The translations under genes were made by a program, and so were the position numbers. Under the pieces are notes generated by a model, which was not told the origin of the DNA, made no database searches, and worked only from the letters and a program-made list of their open reading frames with translations. This document shows, one piece after another, positions 13,662-27,348 of a stretch of 64,000 nucleotides of DNA (its first letter is position 1; each line of letters starts with the position of its first letter). Origin of the DNA: the human T2T-CHM13v2.0 reference genome, Homo sapiens. The stretch lies in the NCBI RefSeq assembly GCF_009914755.1, contig NC_060928.1, one strand, 5' to 3'.

Positions 13662-14795
13662 TGTTGTGGGAAGTCAGGGACCCTGAATGGAGGGACCGGC
13701 TGGAGCCGTGGCAGAGGAACAAAAATTGTGAAGATTTCATGGACATATATCAGTTCCTAAAATTAATACTTTTGTAATTTCTTATGCCTGTCTTTACTGC
13801 AATCTCTGAACATAAATTGTGAAGATTTCATGGAAATGTATTGCTTCTCTATTAATATTTTTATAATTTCTTATACCTGTCTTACTTTAATCTCTTAATC
13901 CTGTTATCTTTGTAAGCTGAGGATGTTTGTCACCTCAGGACCCTGTGATGATTGTGTTAACTGTACAAATTGATTGTAAAACATGTGTGTTTGAACAATA
14001 TGAAATCAGTGCAACTTGAAAAATAACAGAATAACAACGATTTTAAGGAACAAGGGAAGATAACCATAAGGTCTGACTGCCTATGGGGTCGGGCAAAAAG
14101 AGCCATATTTTTCTTCTTGCAGAGAGCCTATAAATGGATGTGCAAGTAGGAGAGATAGTGCTAAATTCTTTTACTAGCAAGGAATATTAAATATTAAGAC
14201 CCTAGGAAAAGAATTGTATTCCTGGGAGGAGGTCTATAAACAGCCTCTCTGGGAGTGTCTGTCCTATGAGGTTGAGATAAGGACTGAGATAAGCCCTGGT
14301 CTCCTGCAGTACCCTCAGGCTTATTAGGGTGGGGAAAAAATCCCGCCCTGGTAAATTTGAGGTCAGATGAGTTCTCTGCTCTTGAACCCTGTTTTCTGTT
14401 GTTTAAGATGTTTATCAAGACAATATGTGCACAGCTGAACGTAGACCCTCATCAGTAATTCTAATTTTGCCCTTTGCCTTGTGATCTTTGCTTTCGTCCT
14501 TACCTTGTTTTCTCAAAAGCATGGGATCTTTGTTCTCCCTTTTGCCATTTGAAGCATGTGATCTTTGTGACCTAATCCCTGTTCATACACCCCCTCCCTT
14601 TTTGAAATCCCTAATAAAAATTGCTGGTTTTGTGGCTCAGGTGGGCATCACGGATCTACCGATATGTGATGTCACCCCTGGCGGCCCAGCTGTAAAATTC
14701 CCCTCTTTGTACTCTTTCCCTTTATTTCTCAGACTGGCCGACACTTAGGGAAAACAGAATATGCATTGAAATATTGGGGGCGGGTTCCCCCGATA
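13662..14795 (+). mobile_element. MER11 (HERV-K11/HML-8) solo LTR
   Basis: Starts TGTTGTGGGAAGTCAGGGACCC; internal repeat 'aaattgtgaagatttcatgg' twice; ends GGGTTCCCCCGATA; flanking direct repeat AATGC. Confidence 0.92.
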
Positions 14796-15127
14796 AATGC
14801 TTAATGCATAAACTAAATTTTTAATGCACATTTCTAGTTACTGACCAAAGAAATTGGAGAAATTTGGAGAAAATCAGACAAAAACAAATCTAATCATTGT
14901 GTATTTATGAGCAAATTATTATGACAGCAATATAAACAATTAAAAGAGTCCTAGAAATTTACTGTTATATTACTAACAGGGTCATGTGCCCACATTCTTT
15001 AAGGCTAGGATGGGTATTATTTAGCCTATTATTACTGGCCTAGACTGAGCTCCTCATCCACTCGTATGTCCTGAGGGGAAAAAAAAAATCTATCTCAAAC
15101 AGTGGATGGGGTGCAAGGTAAGCAAAG

Positions 15128-15128
<1 letters not shown>

Positions 15129-15164
<36 letters not shown>
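15129..15164. repeat. (CA)n microsatellite
   Basis: About 17 CA units. Confidence 0.95.
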
Positions 15165-15167
<3 letters not shown>

Positions 15168-15290
15168 CTGATAAATAATTATGCAAGTGTGGTTAAACAT
15201 AGAAATCACTATGTTTTGTAGTAAAGTAAGTTTTTCATACCATCCTTCAGCAACATGTCACTATGTGTCACCTTTTCCTGTATAGCCACT

Positions 15291-15741
15291 TGTGATGGTT
15301 AATACGAATGCCAACTTGATTGGATTGAAGGATGTAAAGTATAGATCCTGGGTGTGTCTGTGAGGGTGTTGCCAAAGGAGATTAACATTTGAGTCAGTGA
15401 AATGGGAGAGGTACACCCACCCACAATCCAGGTGGGCATCATCTAATCAGCTGCCAGCATAGCCAGAATAAAAGGAGGCAGAAGAATACGGAGAGATTAG
15501 ACTGGCTTAGCCTCCCAGCCTACGTCTTTCTTCCATGCTGGATTGGATGCTTCCTGTCCTTGAACATCAGACTCCAAGTTCTTCAGCTTTGGGACTCAGA
15601 CTGGCTTCCTTGCTCTTCAGCTTGCAGACAGCCTATCATGAGACCCTGTGATCGTGTGAGATAATACTTCTTAATAAACACCCCTTTATATATACATCTA
15701 TACAATTAGTTCTGTCCCTCTAGAGAACCCTGACTAATACA
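15291..15741 (+). mobile_element. MLT2A1 (HERV-L) solo LTR
   Basis: TGTGATGGTTAATAC...CCCTGACTAATACA; perfect 5-bp TSD CCACT (15286-15290 and 15742-15746). Confidence 0.93.
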
Positions 15742-15839
15742 CCACTAGTTGAAAAAGATAATAAGCTGAGATAAACAAACCTAGTAATAAAATAAGTACA
15801 ATTTTACTTAGTTTATATTTTAACAAGTAAAGTTATAAT

Positions 15840-16045
15840 ATTTAATATTTATTGAATACTTATGGATCAGGTACCATGCTTTATACATAGCATCTCATTT
15901 ACATCTCATAATAACTTCATAAAGTAGAGGCCTCTCATGTTTATTTTACACATTAGGAAGTGGAGGTTTAGAGACGTTATGAAACTTGACAGGTCATATT
16001 TGGAAGAGGCAGAGGCAGATGTAGATCTGTCTGACTTTAGAGCTG
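15840..16045 (-). mobile_element. MIR
   Basis: 'tttattgaatacttat...ttattttacacattaggaagtggaggtttagagacgtt...tctgtctgactttagagc'. Confidence 0.7.
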
Positions 16046-17385
16046 ATGCTGAGTTAAGCTCTGAGATACATATGCTGCCACAAAAATCCTGAAAATGGTG
16101 TTAAAACCAGCTTTCTTTAAATTCTAAGTTAGAGATATAATTACTCATAATTTCAAGCCCTTAAGGATTAAACTAAGATGCATATCTGAACATTTGGGGA
16201 TAAAAATGTGCTTAACTATACTTGAGTATTATCATTTATTTAGATAGTTTGCCATATAACATTATTTTATTTTACATCTAGGTATTTTAACAAAAAAAAA
16301 AAAATTAAAGGCTACACATATGAAAATGTAGACATTGCTTTCTAACTCAGTTCATTGTGACCTTTACTGGGACCGAGGCTTTTTAACCAAGCAATGTCTA
16401 TTTATCAAATGTAAGGGTTTTTGTTGTTGTTGTTGTTGTTTCACTGTTAGGTTGCAATATCCTCTGACATGCATATTTCTGTGAATTCAGACCAATAAAA
16501 AGGCTGTTTTATATTAATTACAAGAAACATTATAAGAAGCAACTATGGTTAAAAGGAAAATTATATATTTAAAATGTAAATCCTACAGTAAAATTTACAG
16601 AGTGAAATTAGGAAAATAGATGAGATGTAGAGGGAACATAACAGAGAAAGAATAGAGAGGATGAATCCTAAGACTATTCTTAGGACTATCTTAGAACCCA
16701 TGACTTGTCAGGTACCATAATTTCCAAAATATCAAAATTATATTTGTATGAGAAGATACATTTAAGACCAAACTTTTCAATGATATGCAGCACATGATCC
16801 AGAAAGGTTCTGACATAAGGCCAGAAATTTCTGCTAAGAGTTTTCAGACCCTAATTAAATAATGAGCAGATTCTGTCAGTGTTGAGATGCCTTGAACTTT
16901 TCCTGTCACTTTATAGTGCACTTTAGTCTAAACCTGATATTTCAATAACCCCATTAACATCAATCTTCTTTTCTGACATTAAAGCCTTACAGATTAAAAG
17001 TAAAAGATCATGAAATGCTACTAATGAAACCATTATAAGGTAAAAAGATGTACTGGTAACACCTTCTATGTAGATCAATGGAAATGTTATGTCAGGGGTA
17101 AATTTGCACTGGAAATACTTTTGGAAAAGCATACTTAATTATGAGCTATATTAATGGTTATTCATTAAAATCTTGGAGGTAGAGAAAAACAGAGTATGCT
17201 TCTGGTATGACTCATGTGACTCATAACTTTCCTTGAAGTGCTGAGAACACAGAATTCACAGAGATGAATATTTTCCTTTGACTTCATGTGGTTCAGTGAA
17301 AGTAATCGGGGTGCCTACTCTTTGTTCACTTTATAAAAATTACTTAAAATAATTATGTGCTACTTGAATGAAAAATTCAAATATT

Positions 17386-17511
17386 TTCTCTCTCCCTTCC
17401 CTCCCTCCCTCCCTCCCACCCTCCCCCCTTCCCTCCCTCCCTCCCTCCCTCCCTCCCTCCCTCCCTTCCTTCCTTCCTTCCTTCCTTCCCTCTTTCCTTT
17501 CACTCTCTCTC
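17386..17511. repeat. Near-pure polypyrimidine (CCCT)n/(CCTT)n tract adjoining the Alu tail
   Basis: About 125 bp almost entirely C/T on the + strand. Confidence 0.95.
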
Positions 17512-17824
17512 TTTTTTTTTTGGATGGAGTTTCATTCTTGTTGCCCAGGCTGGAGTGCAATAGTGCAATCTTGGCTCACTGCAACCTCTACCTCCTGGGT
17601 TGAAGTGATTCTCCTGCCTTAGCCTCCCAAGTAGCTGGGATTACAGACATGTACCACCACGCCAGGCTAATTTTTGTATTTCTAATTTTTGTATTTTTTA
17701 TTTTTAGTACAGACGGGGTTTCACCATGTTGGTCAGGCTGATCTTGAACTCCTGACCTTAGGTGATCCACCCACCTCGGCCTCCCAAAGTGCTGGGATTA
17801 CAGGTATGAGCCACTGTGCCTACC
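17512..17824 (-). mobile_element. AluSq/Sp-like
   Basis: Full dimer; 'gtttcattcttgttgcccaggctggagtgcaat'; duplicated 'ctaatttttgtattt' in the linker. Confidence 0.92.
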
Positions 17825-18729
17825 TAAATACATACTTTTTTTTTTTGAATAAAAATTTATATAACATGGAACTAAACTAGAACTATAATTATCCAATTAT
17901 AAGGATTGATTAGTAAAGACTCCTAATTAAGAATTATGATTTACAATATAGTTAATTTCAATACAATTGTAGCTGTATATTGGCATTAGAGAATTACAAA
18001 ATAAAACCCAACAACATTAACCGATGACTAGGGACTCATACTCCTTTGCTTGAATAGTCAGCTTTTCTGTTTGCTTTTAATGTGCTGTGACATATTTTGC
18101 AAGTGAAACTGTAAGGTTAAGAGGAAAGATCATACAGAAGACCAAGAAGATTCTGATTTTGTAGATCAAAGAGCAAATGAGAATTGCTGATGTTTGTTTT
18201 TTATTGGTTTCGTTCTACTGATTTTTCTTTTTTGTTTATAATAGCAATGATATGCATATAACTAGAAAAAACTTTATAATTAAAATCTTTAGTATTATGT
18301 GTCCAAATTGCTCCACCTTTTAACTACTTTATTAATAACAAATAGAGTATTTTATATGCAATTTTTGGTAACAATTTGAAAAGTTACTAACACTCTAGAA
18401 CCAAGATCCTGACTATTACAACAGGGGAGGTAAGAGGGCTGAGAGGAAGTAACAGCATACTAAGGATATTGTCTTGTTGAAAAGGAGAATATAGATGCTG
18501 GTTAATTCTATTGGAAAATATGTAAAGCTTGTGTTAATTTTTAAACTACCTACTAGAATAATAAAAATACAAGGCATACATAGTCAAATAGTTAAAAGTA
18601 AAAAGGTAAAATGGAACAAAGTGATTGAACAATAAAACAAATATTAAAAGTTTATATAAGATAAGCATGTTACATTAATACTAAGTAAAGGGAAAGTAAG
18701 GGTGGGGGCACTAACAGCCCTCTAGAGGC

Positions 18730-21700
18730 CACATCCTTTGTGCCAACTAGAACTTGCTTGAATGCAGAAAGAAAGCAATTACATTCTAAGAAACGCAAAT
18801 GACAAAGCAATACTATCATACTCTTTCTTACTCATCATTATGGTGAAAATGATGGCACTGAAAGAAAGAGAAAGATAGAGAAATCCATAGTTCTTTTTCA
18901 CACTCCTTCTTTACCTACCAGTAAGCCAAATGTAAAGAGTTTTAGTAGAATGTACACATATGAAGAAGTAGAATACAAATAAAATGTTAATTTTGTACAA
19001 TCTTTTACTTTTCTGGTAAGACACGATATGCAAGGGAATACAAATTGTGTAATTTTGGTGATTCTACACACAGATTAAATGCTCTTATATTTGCATTTAA
19101 AACCTTTCTTGGAGAAGGGGGTTCAAGATAGCAGACTGGAAGCAACTTGTGTGCACCCGCTCTCATGAAGAAGAAACAAAGTTGGGAGTAAATACTGACT
19201 CTTCAGGTGAATTGTCTAAAAAACCATGTCAGGATCCATCAAAGGAGTAAGAGAACACACGAAGAACAGAGAAGAGTAAAACTGGGCAGCCACCCACCTG
19301 GGACCAGTGCAGAGCCAGAAGAAGCTTCCTAATACAGGGAAAGGGTGAGAGAGGAAGAGCTCCCAGGGAATCCACACTTCCCACAAGGATCTGTGAAATC
19401 TTGGGAACGAGAGAACCCCCTCCTTTCCTGGGCCTCTAGACTGATATGGAGAGCCACACAGAGATTTTGCAGAGGCAACACTCAAGAATACAGGGAATCC
19501 CACAGGTCTGGATCCCTGAATAGCCTAGTATCTGCTGCCATAACACCAACAGAGGCCACAGTTGGGATGCTGGGGAGCAGTCAGACTGCCTCACTCCTTG
19601 CCAGACAAGACTCCACTCTTGCTTCCAGCACAGTGACTGAGCTGCTCCTAGCCAGGTGGAACTTGCTAGCTTGGGCTTCCAGCTCAGTGACCCTACCCCT
19701 GCCTGAATACTGTGGTCAGGCACAGCTCTGTGTTCCCCCGGAAAACATGCAGATGGCAAACTGTGTGACTCCCTGAACTCCTGATGCTCTTGGCCTGACA
19801 GGACTCATTGGTTTGGGTAATGTCCAAGCAGGAGAGAAGGCCCCACTCTCAGAACACCAAGAGTGACAAGAAGCCCAGGTTCATAGGCCAGCAGAGGAGG
19901 AGGGTATGCCTCCCTCCACAGGGCAAGTCCAGGAAGTGTACAGCCTTCCTAACACAGACCCCTGGCCCCTGCCTGAGGGAGCCCCACAGCCTGGAACAAG
20001 TGAAAAAGGAAATGCAGGAACAGCAACAGTAATCAAAAGGGGTTCCTCCAAGGCCCAGGAGCAGATCTGGGGAGGGGGTCATATCTCTCTCCCCCAACCA
20101 CCGAGTATGTCTATGAACATGCTAAAATACAAAAGAGCCAATCTGCTGGCCATCATGCTTAAGCAATATCTATTGAATAGCAGCTCAAATTAGAAAACCA
20201 ATAATAATTTGCCATGATACAGCACCTGTGAAACATAAGGCAAAAATTAGGCCACAAATAAAGATCCTGTACAGAGCCTTGGCCTTCTGAAAGTGCACAG
20301 AAACAAAACCAACTGACTAAAATTACACCACGGTAAAAGGAACACCAGCCCTCTCAGATGGGAAAAAATCAGCCTAAGAATTCTGGCATTCAAAAAGCCA
20401 GTGTGTCCCCCTAACCTCCAAAGGAACACACTATTATTCCAGCAATGGTTTTTAACCAGACTGAAATGACTTAAATAACAGACACAGAATTCAGAATCTG
20501 GATGTCAAGGAAGCTCATCACAAGCCAGGAGGTGAAACCCAATCCAAGGAATCCAGAAAAATAATCCAAGAGCTGAAATAAGAAATAGCTATTTGAAGAA
20601 ATAATTAAACTGAACTTCTGGAATTGAAGAATTCACTTAAAAAATTCATAATACAGTCAGAAGCATTAACAACAGATTAGACCAAACCCAGGAAAGAATC
20701 TCAGAGCTCAAAGACTGGTTCTTCAAATCAACTCAGTCAGACAAAAGTAAAGAAAAATGAATTAAAAAAAATAAACAAAACCTCTGAGAAATATGGGACT
20801 ATGTAAAAAGACCAAATCTATAACTCACTGGCATCCCTGGGAGAGATAGAGAGTGAATAAGCAATCTGAAAAACATATTTGAGTGTATAGTCTATGAAAA
20901 TTTCCCCAATCTTGCTAGAGAGGTAAACATGCAATTTTAAGAAATATAGAGAACCCCAGTTAGATACTATACAAGGTGACCATCCCTATAGCATATAGTC
21001 ATCAGACTCACTAAGACAAATGCAAAAGAAAAAAATTCTTAAAGGCAGATATAGAGAAAGATTGGGTTACTTACAAAGGGAAACTCATGAGGCTAGCAGC
21101 AGACCTCTCAGCAGAAACCTCACAAGTCAGAAGAAATTGGGGGCATATTTTCAGCATCCTCAAAGAAAAGAAATTCCAACCAAAAATTTCATATCCCACC
21201 AAGCTAAGCTTCATAAGAGAAGGAGAAATAAAATCTTTCTCAGACAAACAAACACTAAAGGAATGTGTTACCACCAGACCAGCCTTACAAGAGGTCCTTA
21301 AGGAAATGATAAACATAAAAACAAAAGATCAATACTTGCTACCACAAAAACACACTAAGGACATAGCTCACAGACAACTTAAAGTGATTACACAAACAAG
21401 TCTACAAAACAACCAGGTTACAAGATGATGACAGGATCAAAATATCACATATCAATACTAACCCTGAATACCAATGATCCAAATGCCCCATTTAAAAGGC
21501 ATAAAGTGGCAAGCTGGATAAAAAGACAAGACCCAACAGTCGCTGTCTTCAAAAAACCCATCTCACATGTAATGACGACTCTAAGTAAAGACATGGAGAA
21601 AGAGCTACCAGGCAAACAGAAAACTAAAAAAGAGCAGGAGTTGCTCATCTTATATTGAATAAAACAGACTTTAAATCAACAACAATCATGAGGGACAAAG

Positions 21701-24700
21701 AAGGGCATTATATAATAAAAAAAGGTTCACTTCAACTAGAAGACTTAACTATCATAAAGATATATACACCCAACAGTGGAGCACCCAGATTCACAAAACA
21801 AGTTCTTTTTGACTACAAAAAGACATGGACAACCACACAATAATAGTAAGGTACTGTAACACCCCACTGATAGCTTTAGACAAATCATCAAGGCAGAAAA
21901 CTAACAAAGAAATTTTGGACTTACACTTGACACTCAACCATTTGGACCAAATAGATACCTATAGAATACTCTACCCCCAACCCAAACCACAGAATATATA
22001 TTCTTCTCATGTACACTTAGAACGTATTCAAAAATCAACCACATGTTCGGCCATATAGCAAGTCTGAGTAAATTCAAAAAAACTGAAATCATACCAAGCA
22101 TACCCTTGGACCACAGGGCAATAAAAATGTACATCAATACCAATAAGACCTCTCAAAACTACACTAATATGTGGAAATTAATCAACTTGCTCCAGAATAA
22201 CTCTTGGGTGAATGACAAAATTAGGCATAGATCAAAACATTTTTTGAAATTAAAGAAATTAAAGATACAACTTCCCAAAACCTTTGGTGCAGCCAAAGCA
22301 ATGTTAAGATGAAAGTTTATAGTATTAAATGCCTTCATCAAGTAGTTAGAAAAGTCTCAAATTAATGATTTAACATCACACCTAGAGGAACTAGAAAACA
22401 AAAGAACAAACCAACTGTAAATCTAGCAGGAAAAAAGAAATATCTAAAACCAGAGAAGAACTGAATGAAACTGAGATGCAAAAGACCATACAAAAGATCA
22501 ATGAAACCGAGACTTGATTATCAAAGGAACAGACAAGACTGATAAACCACTAGCTAGATTAACAGAGAAAGAAAAAAGAGAAGACCCAAATAAATGCAAT
22601 CAGAAATCATGAAGATGACATTACAATTGATTAGACAGAAATAAAAAAAGATCCTGAAAGGGTACTGTAAACACCTCTGTGCACACAAATTAGAAAATTT
22701 AGAGGAAATAGACAAATTCCTGGAAATATACAAGCTCCCAAGATTGAAACAGGAAGAAAGTGAAAACCTGAACGGATTGATAACAAGTTCTGAAATTGAA
22801 TGTTATAATAAAAAAAAAAACCTATCAAGAAAAATGTCCTGGACAAGATGTATTTACAGCCATATTCTACCAGATAGATAAATGAGAACTGGTACCAATC
22901 ATACTGAAACTATTCCAAAATACCAAGAAGGAGGGGCTCCTCCCTAACATATTCTATGAAGCCAGTATCATCCTGACATGAAAATCTGGCAGACACAATG
23001 AAAAAAAAAAACTACAGGCCAATATTCCTGATAAACACTGACACAAAAATCCTCAACACAATACTAGCAAACAGAATCCAGCAGCACAATAACAAGTTAA
23101 TACACCACAATCAAGTAGGCTTTATCTCCGGGATGCAAGAGTGCTTCAACATAAATAAATCAATAAATGTGATTCACCACATAAACAGAATTAAAAGCAA
23201 ATACAGTATGATCATCCCAATAGATGTAGAAAAGGCTTCAGTAAAATCCAACATCCCTTCATGATAAAAACCATCAACAGGCTAGGCATTGAAGAAACAT
23301 ACCTCAAAATCATAAGAGGCATCTATGACAAACTGAGAATGAACATCATACTGAACAGGCAAAAGCTTAAATCATTGCCCTTGAGACCTAGAATAAGACA
23401 AGGATGTCCATTCTCAACATTCCTATTCCACATAGTACTGAAAGTCCTAACCAGAGCAATCAGGTAAGAGAAAAAAGTAAAATGCATCCAAACAGGAAAA
23501 GAATTAGTTAAACACTCTCTCTCTTTGCTGATGATATGATCTATACAGAGAAATCACTAAAGACTCTGCCAAAAGGCTCCTGAAACTGATAAACAACTTC
23601 AATAAAGTTTCAGGATACAAAATTAGTGTACAAAAATCAATGGCATTGTTATGCATCAATAATGACCAGGCTGAGAGTCAAATAAAGAACATAATCCCAT
23701 TTACAATAGCCACAAAGAAAATGAAAAACCTAGGAATACAGCTAACCAAGAAGGTGAAAGATCTCTACAAGGAGAACTGCAAAATACTGCTGAAAAAAAT
23801 CAGAGATGACACAAATAAATGGATAAACCTTCCATGCTTATGGATTTGAAGAAACAATATTGTTAAAATGGCCATGCTGTCCAAAGCAATTTACAAATTC
23901 AATTATATTATATCAAACTACCAATATCATTTTTCACAGAATTAGGAAAAAGGATTCTAAAATTCATATGGAACCAAAAAAGAGCCTAAATATCCAAAGC
24001 AATTCAAAGCAAAAAGAACAAAGATGGAGGTATCACATTACCCATTTTCAAAGTATACCATAAGGCTATAATAACCAAAACAGCATGGTACTGGTACAAA
24101 AATAGACACAGACCAATAGAACAAAATAGAAAACTCAGAAATAAAGCCACATACTTACAATTATTGATCTTACACAAGGCCCACAAAAACAAGCAAGGAG
24201 AAAGGACTCCCCATTCAATAAACGATGTTGGGATAACTGGCTAATTACATGGAGAATTACATTGGACTCTACCTTTCCCCATATATGAAAATTAACTCAA
24301 GATGGATTAAAGATTTTAATGTAAGACCCCAGACTATTAAAATCTTAGAAGATAACCTAGGAAATACCCTTCTTGATATAAGCTTTGGCAACAAATTTTT
24401 TAAGGCCCCCAAAGCAACTACAACAAAAATAAAATTGACAGTGTGACCTAATCAAACTAAAGATCTTTTGCACAGAAAAAGTAACTATTACTAGAGTAAA
24501 CAGTCTATGGAATAGGATAAAATACTCACAAACTATGCATCTGACAGAAGTCTAAAGTCCAGAATCTACAAGGAACTTTAAACAAATCAACAAGCAAAAA
24601 CCAAATAACTGCTTTAAAGAATGGCCAAAGGACATGAACACATACTTCTGGAAAGAAGATGTATTGGTGGCCAGCATATGAAAAAATACCCAACATTACT

Positions 24701-25715
24701 AATCATCAAAGACAAGTCAATCAAAACCACAATGAGATACAGTCTTATATTAGTCAGAATGGTGATTATTGAAAAGTTAAAAAAAAACAGATGCTAATGA
24801 GGCTGTGGAGAAAAAGGGAATACGTGTACACTGTTGGCAGTAATGCATATTAGGTCAGCCACTGTAGAAGGCAGTTTGGAGATCTCTCAAACTACTTAAA
24901 ACACAGCTCCCATTAAATCTAAAAGTTCCATTTCTGGGGATAATAAATTGTTCTAACAAAAAGACACATGCACTCACATGTTCATTGCAGCACTATTCAC
25001 AATAGCAAAGACATGGAATCAACTTAGGTGCCCATCAAACGGTGGATTAGATTTAAATAAGTAGTACATATACACCATGAAATACTATGCAGTCATAAAA
25101 ATGAACAAAATCGTATCCTTTGCAGCACCATGGATGCAGCTGGAAGCCATTATACTAAGCAATTTTATGCAGAAACAGAAAACCAAATTCCACATATTCT
25201 CACTTAAAAGTGGGAGCTAAACATTGAATACATATGGAAAAAAGATAAGAACAATAGACACTGGAAACTACTAGAGTAGGGAAGGAGGGAGGGGCAAGAG
25301 CTGAAAAACTCACTATTGGGTATTATGCTCACTATCTGGGTGATAGGATCACCTGTACTCAAATCTCACTCATTACACCCACATAACAAACCTGCACATG
25401 CACCCCCAAATACAAAATCTAAACAAAAAGTAAAATTGAAAGGATAAAAAATAAAAATAATACTTGCATTGCACAATATAAAAATAAATATTAAAAGTCA
25501 TGTTAATAATTGTAAAATTGAAAATTTTCTTTAGTTAGAGCAGTATTAAATAGGAAAATATTAGCGCACACATACACACAAAATCTATGACAAGTTGAGG
25601 GACCAAAGACAAAAGAAAAAAGCCTTATCTTTTAGTACTTTTAACAGCTTTTTTCATGGTTTTTGAACAAAAGATCCTACATTTTCATTTGATAATGGGC
25701 CATGCTAATTATGTC
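18730..25715. mobile_element. MER45B-like hAT-Tip100 DNA transposon, split by the L1 (about 18730-19103 and 25461-25715)
   Basis: Left half ends 'ttaaatgctcttatatttgcatttaaaac'; right half resumes 'ttgcattgcacaatataaa...tttttgaacaaaagatcctacattttcattt...gggccatgctaattatgt', contiguous in the recalled consensus. Confidence 0.7.
19111..25460 (+). mobile_element. Full-length inactive LINE-1 (L1PA16/17-L1PB4 age)
   Basis: 5'UTR 'gggggttcaagatagcagactggaagc'; ORF1 remnants (RLAADLSAET...YPTKLSF); ORF2 endonuclease start MTGSKYHISILTLN at ~21428; RT FADD codons at 23524; 3'UTR and A-tail; many stops and frameshifts. Confidence 0.95.
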
Positions 25716-25868
25716 AATGAAAGACTTTAACCAATTTATTTACAAATGGAGACTAATGAGCCTGCCACATACCAAAATCTGTAGGGCATACCCAAAGTAA
25801 AATAAACTATATCCTTAAAGACAGATCATTGTAGTCTTAAATATATCTAATTAAAATTAAGAAAGAAT

Positions 25869-26162
25869 AGCTGGGGGCAGTGGCTCACACCTATAATCCC
25901 AACACGTTGGGAGGCCAAGGTGGGTTGATCACCTGAGGTCAGGAGTTCGAGACCAGCTTGACCAACATGACGAAATTCCATCTCTACTAAAAATACAAAA
26001 ATTAGCTGAGTGTGGAGGCAGGCGCTTGTAATCCCAGCTACCTGGGAGAACTGCTTGAACCCAGGAAGCGGAGGTTGCAGTAAGCCAAGATCGTGCCATT
26101 GTACTCCAGCCTGGGCTGGGCAACAAGAGCGAGACTCCATCTCAAAAAAAAAAAAAAAAAAA
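25869..26162 (+). mobile_element. AluSq/Sp-like
   Basis: Dimer with poly(A); 'caacaagagcgagactcc'; small internal deletion after 'cctggga'; TSD-like aaagaat/aaggaat. Confidence 0.92.
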
Positions 26163-26886
26163 GGAATAAAAAAATAAATGAGCTAAGCATTCAACTAAGC
26201 GTTCAGCTCAATGGACTGAAAATAGAGCAAAGTAACACAAAAATACATAGGAGCTTAATATGAAAGAAAGGCAGAAAATAAGAAATAATAAAATACAAAT
26301 ATAAGAAAATAAATAAGATGAAAAGCTTTCTGTTGAGAAAATGAAAGATTTTGTGGTATGTCTGATAAACAGCAAAGAGCAAAGACATAAAGACTGATGA
26401 AGTGGGAATAATTAACATGGAGAGTATTTAAAATGAGAACGATATAATATTAATAAGTTTACATAAATAAATTTCAAATTAATAATGTTCTGAAATATAT
26501 AAATTACCAAATCAGGCTCCACAAAAAATAGAAAACATGAAGTAATATATATAAATAAAAGAAATGAGAAATAATTTCAAGATTTAGTAATAAAAAAAAG
26601 CATGTGCAAATGCCTTTATGGAAACAAATATCTGGGGAGATGATAAAATCTAAATAACTTTACAGTTACTTCCAGTACAAAAAAATGAAGGCAGCTCATC
26701 ATTCTGAAATATACATTACATTATCAGATAAAACAACAAAAATAATATAATTACCACAATAGTTCTAAATAAATTTTGAATATAATCTAATATCCATAAA
26801 TGATTTAAATTTTAAAAATAGTAAACAAGAAATTGGGAAGAAAAAAACCTTTAACTTCAGAGTGAAGTATCAGAAGTATTTCCATT

Positions 26887-27348
26887 TAAGGTAGGAGACC
26901 ACCCCTCATATTGTCTTATACCCAATTTCTGCCTCTAAAGAAAGAAGAAATAAAAAATAAAAGGCAGAAATGAAATCCACAGGCAGACAGCCCGGCACCA
27001 CACCCTGGGCCTAGTAGTTAAAGATCGACCCCTGATCTAATCGGTTATGTTATCTATAGATTACAGACATTGTATAGAAAAGCACTGTGAAAATCCCTGT
27101 CCTGTTCTGTTCTGTTCTAATTACTGGTGCATGCAGCCCCCAGTCATGTACCCCCTGCTTCCTCAATCCATCACGACCCTCTCACGTGGACCCCCTTAGA
27201 GTTGTGAGCCCTTAAAAGGGACAGGAATTGCTCACTCAGGGAGCTCGGTTTTTGAGACATGAGTCTTGCTGATGCTCCTCGCCAAATAAAGCCCTTCCTT
27301 CTTTAACTAGGTATCTGAGGGGTTTTGTCTGTGGCTCGTCCTGCTACA
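26887..27348 (+). mobile_element. LTR2 (HERV-E) solo LTR
   Basis: TAAGGTAGGAGACCACCCCTCATATTG...GGCTCGTCCTGCTACA; perfect 4-bp TSD CATT (26883-26886 and 27349-27352). Confidence 0.93.

Noticed and set aside
21020-24446. ORFs with endonuclease and reverse-transcriptase similarity
   Set aside because: Fragments of dead L1 ORF1/ORF2 broken by stops and frameshifts; not a novel RT system.
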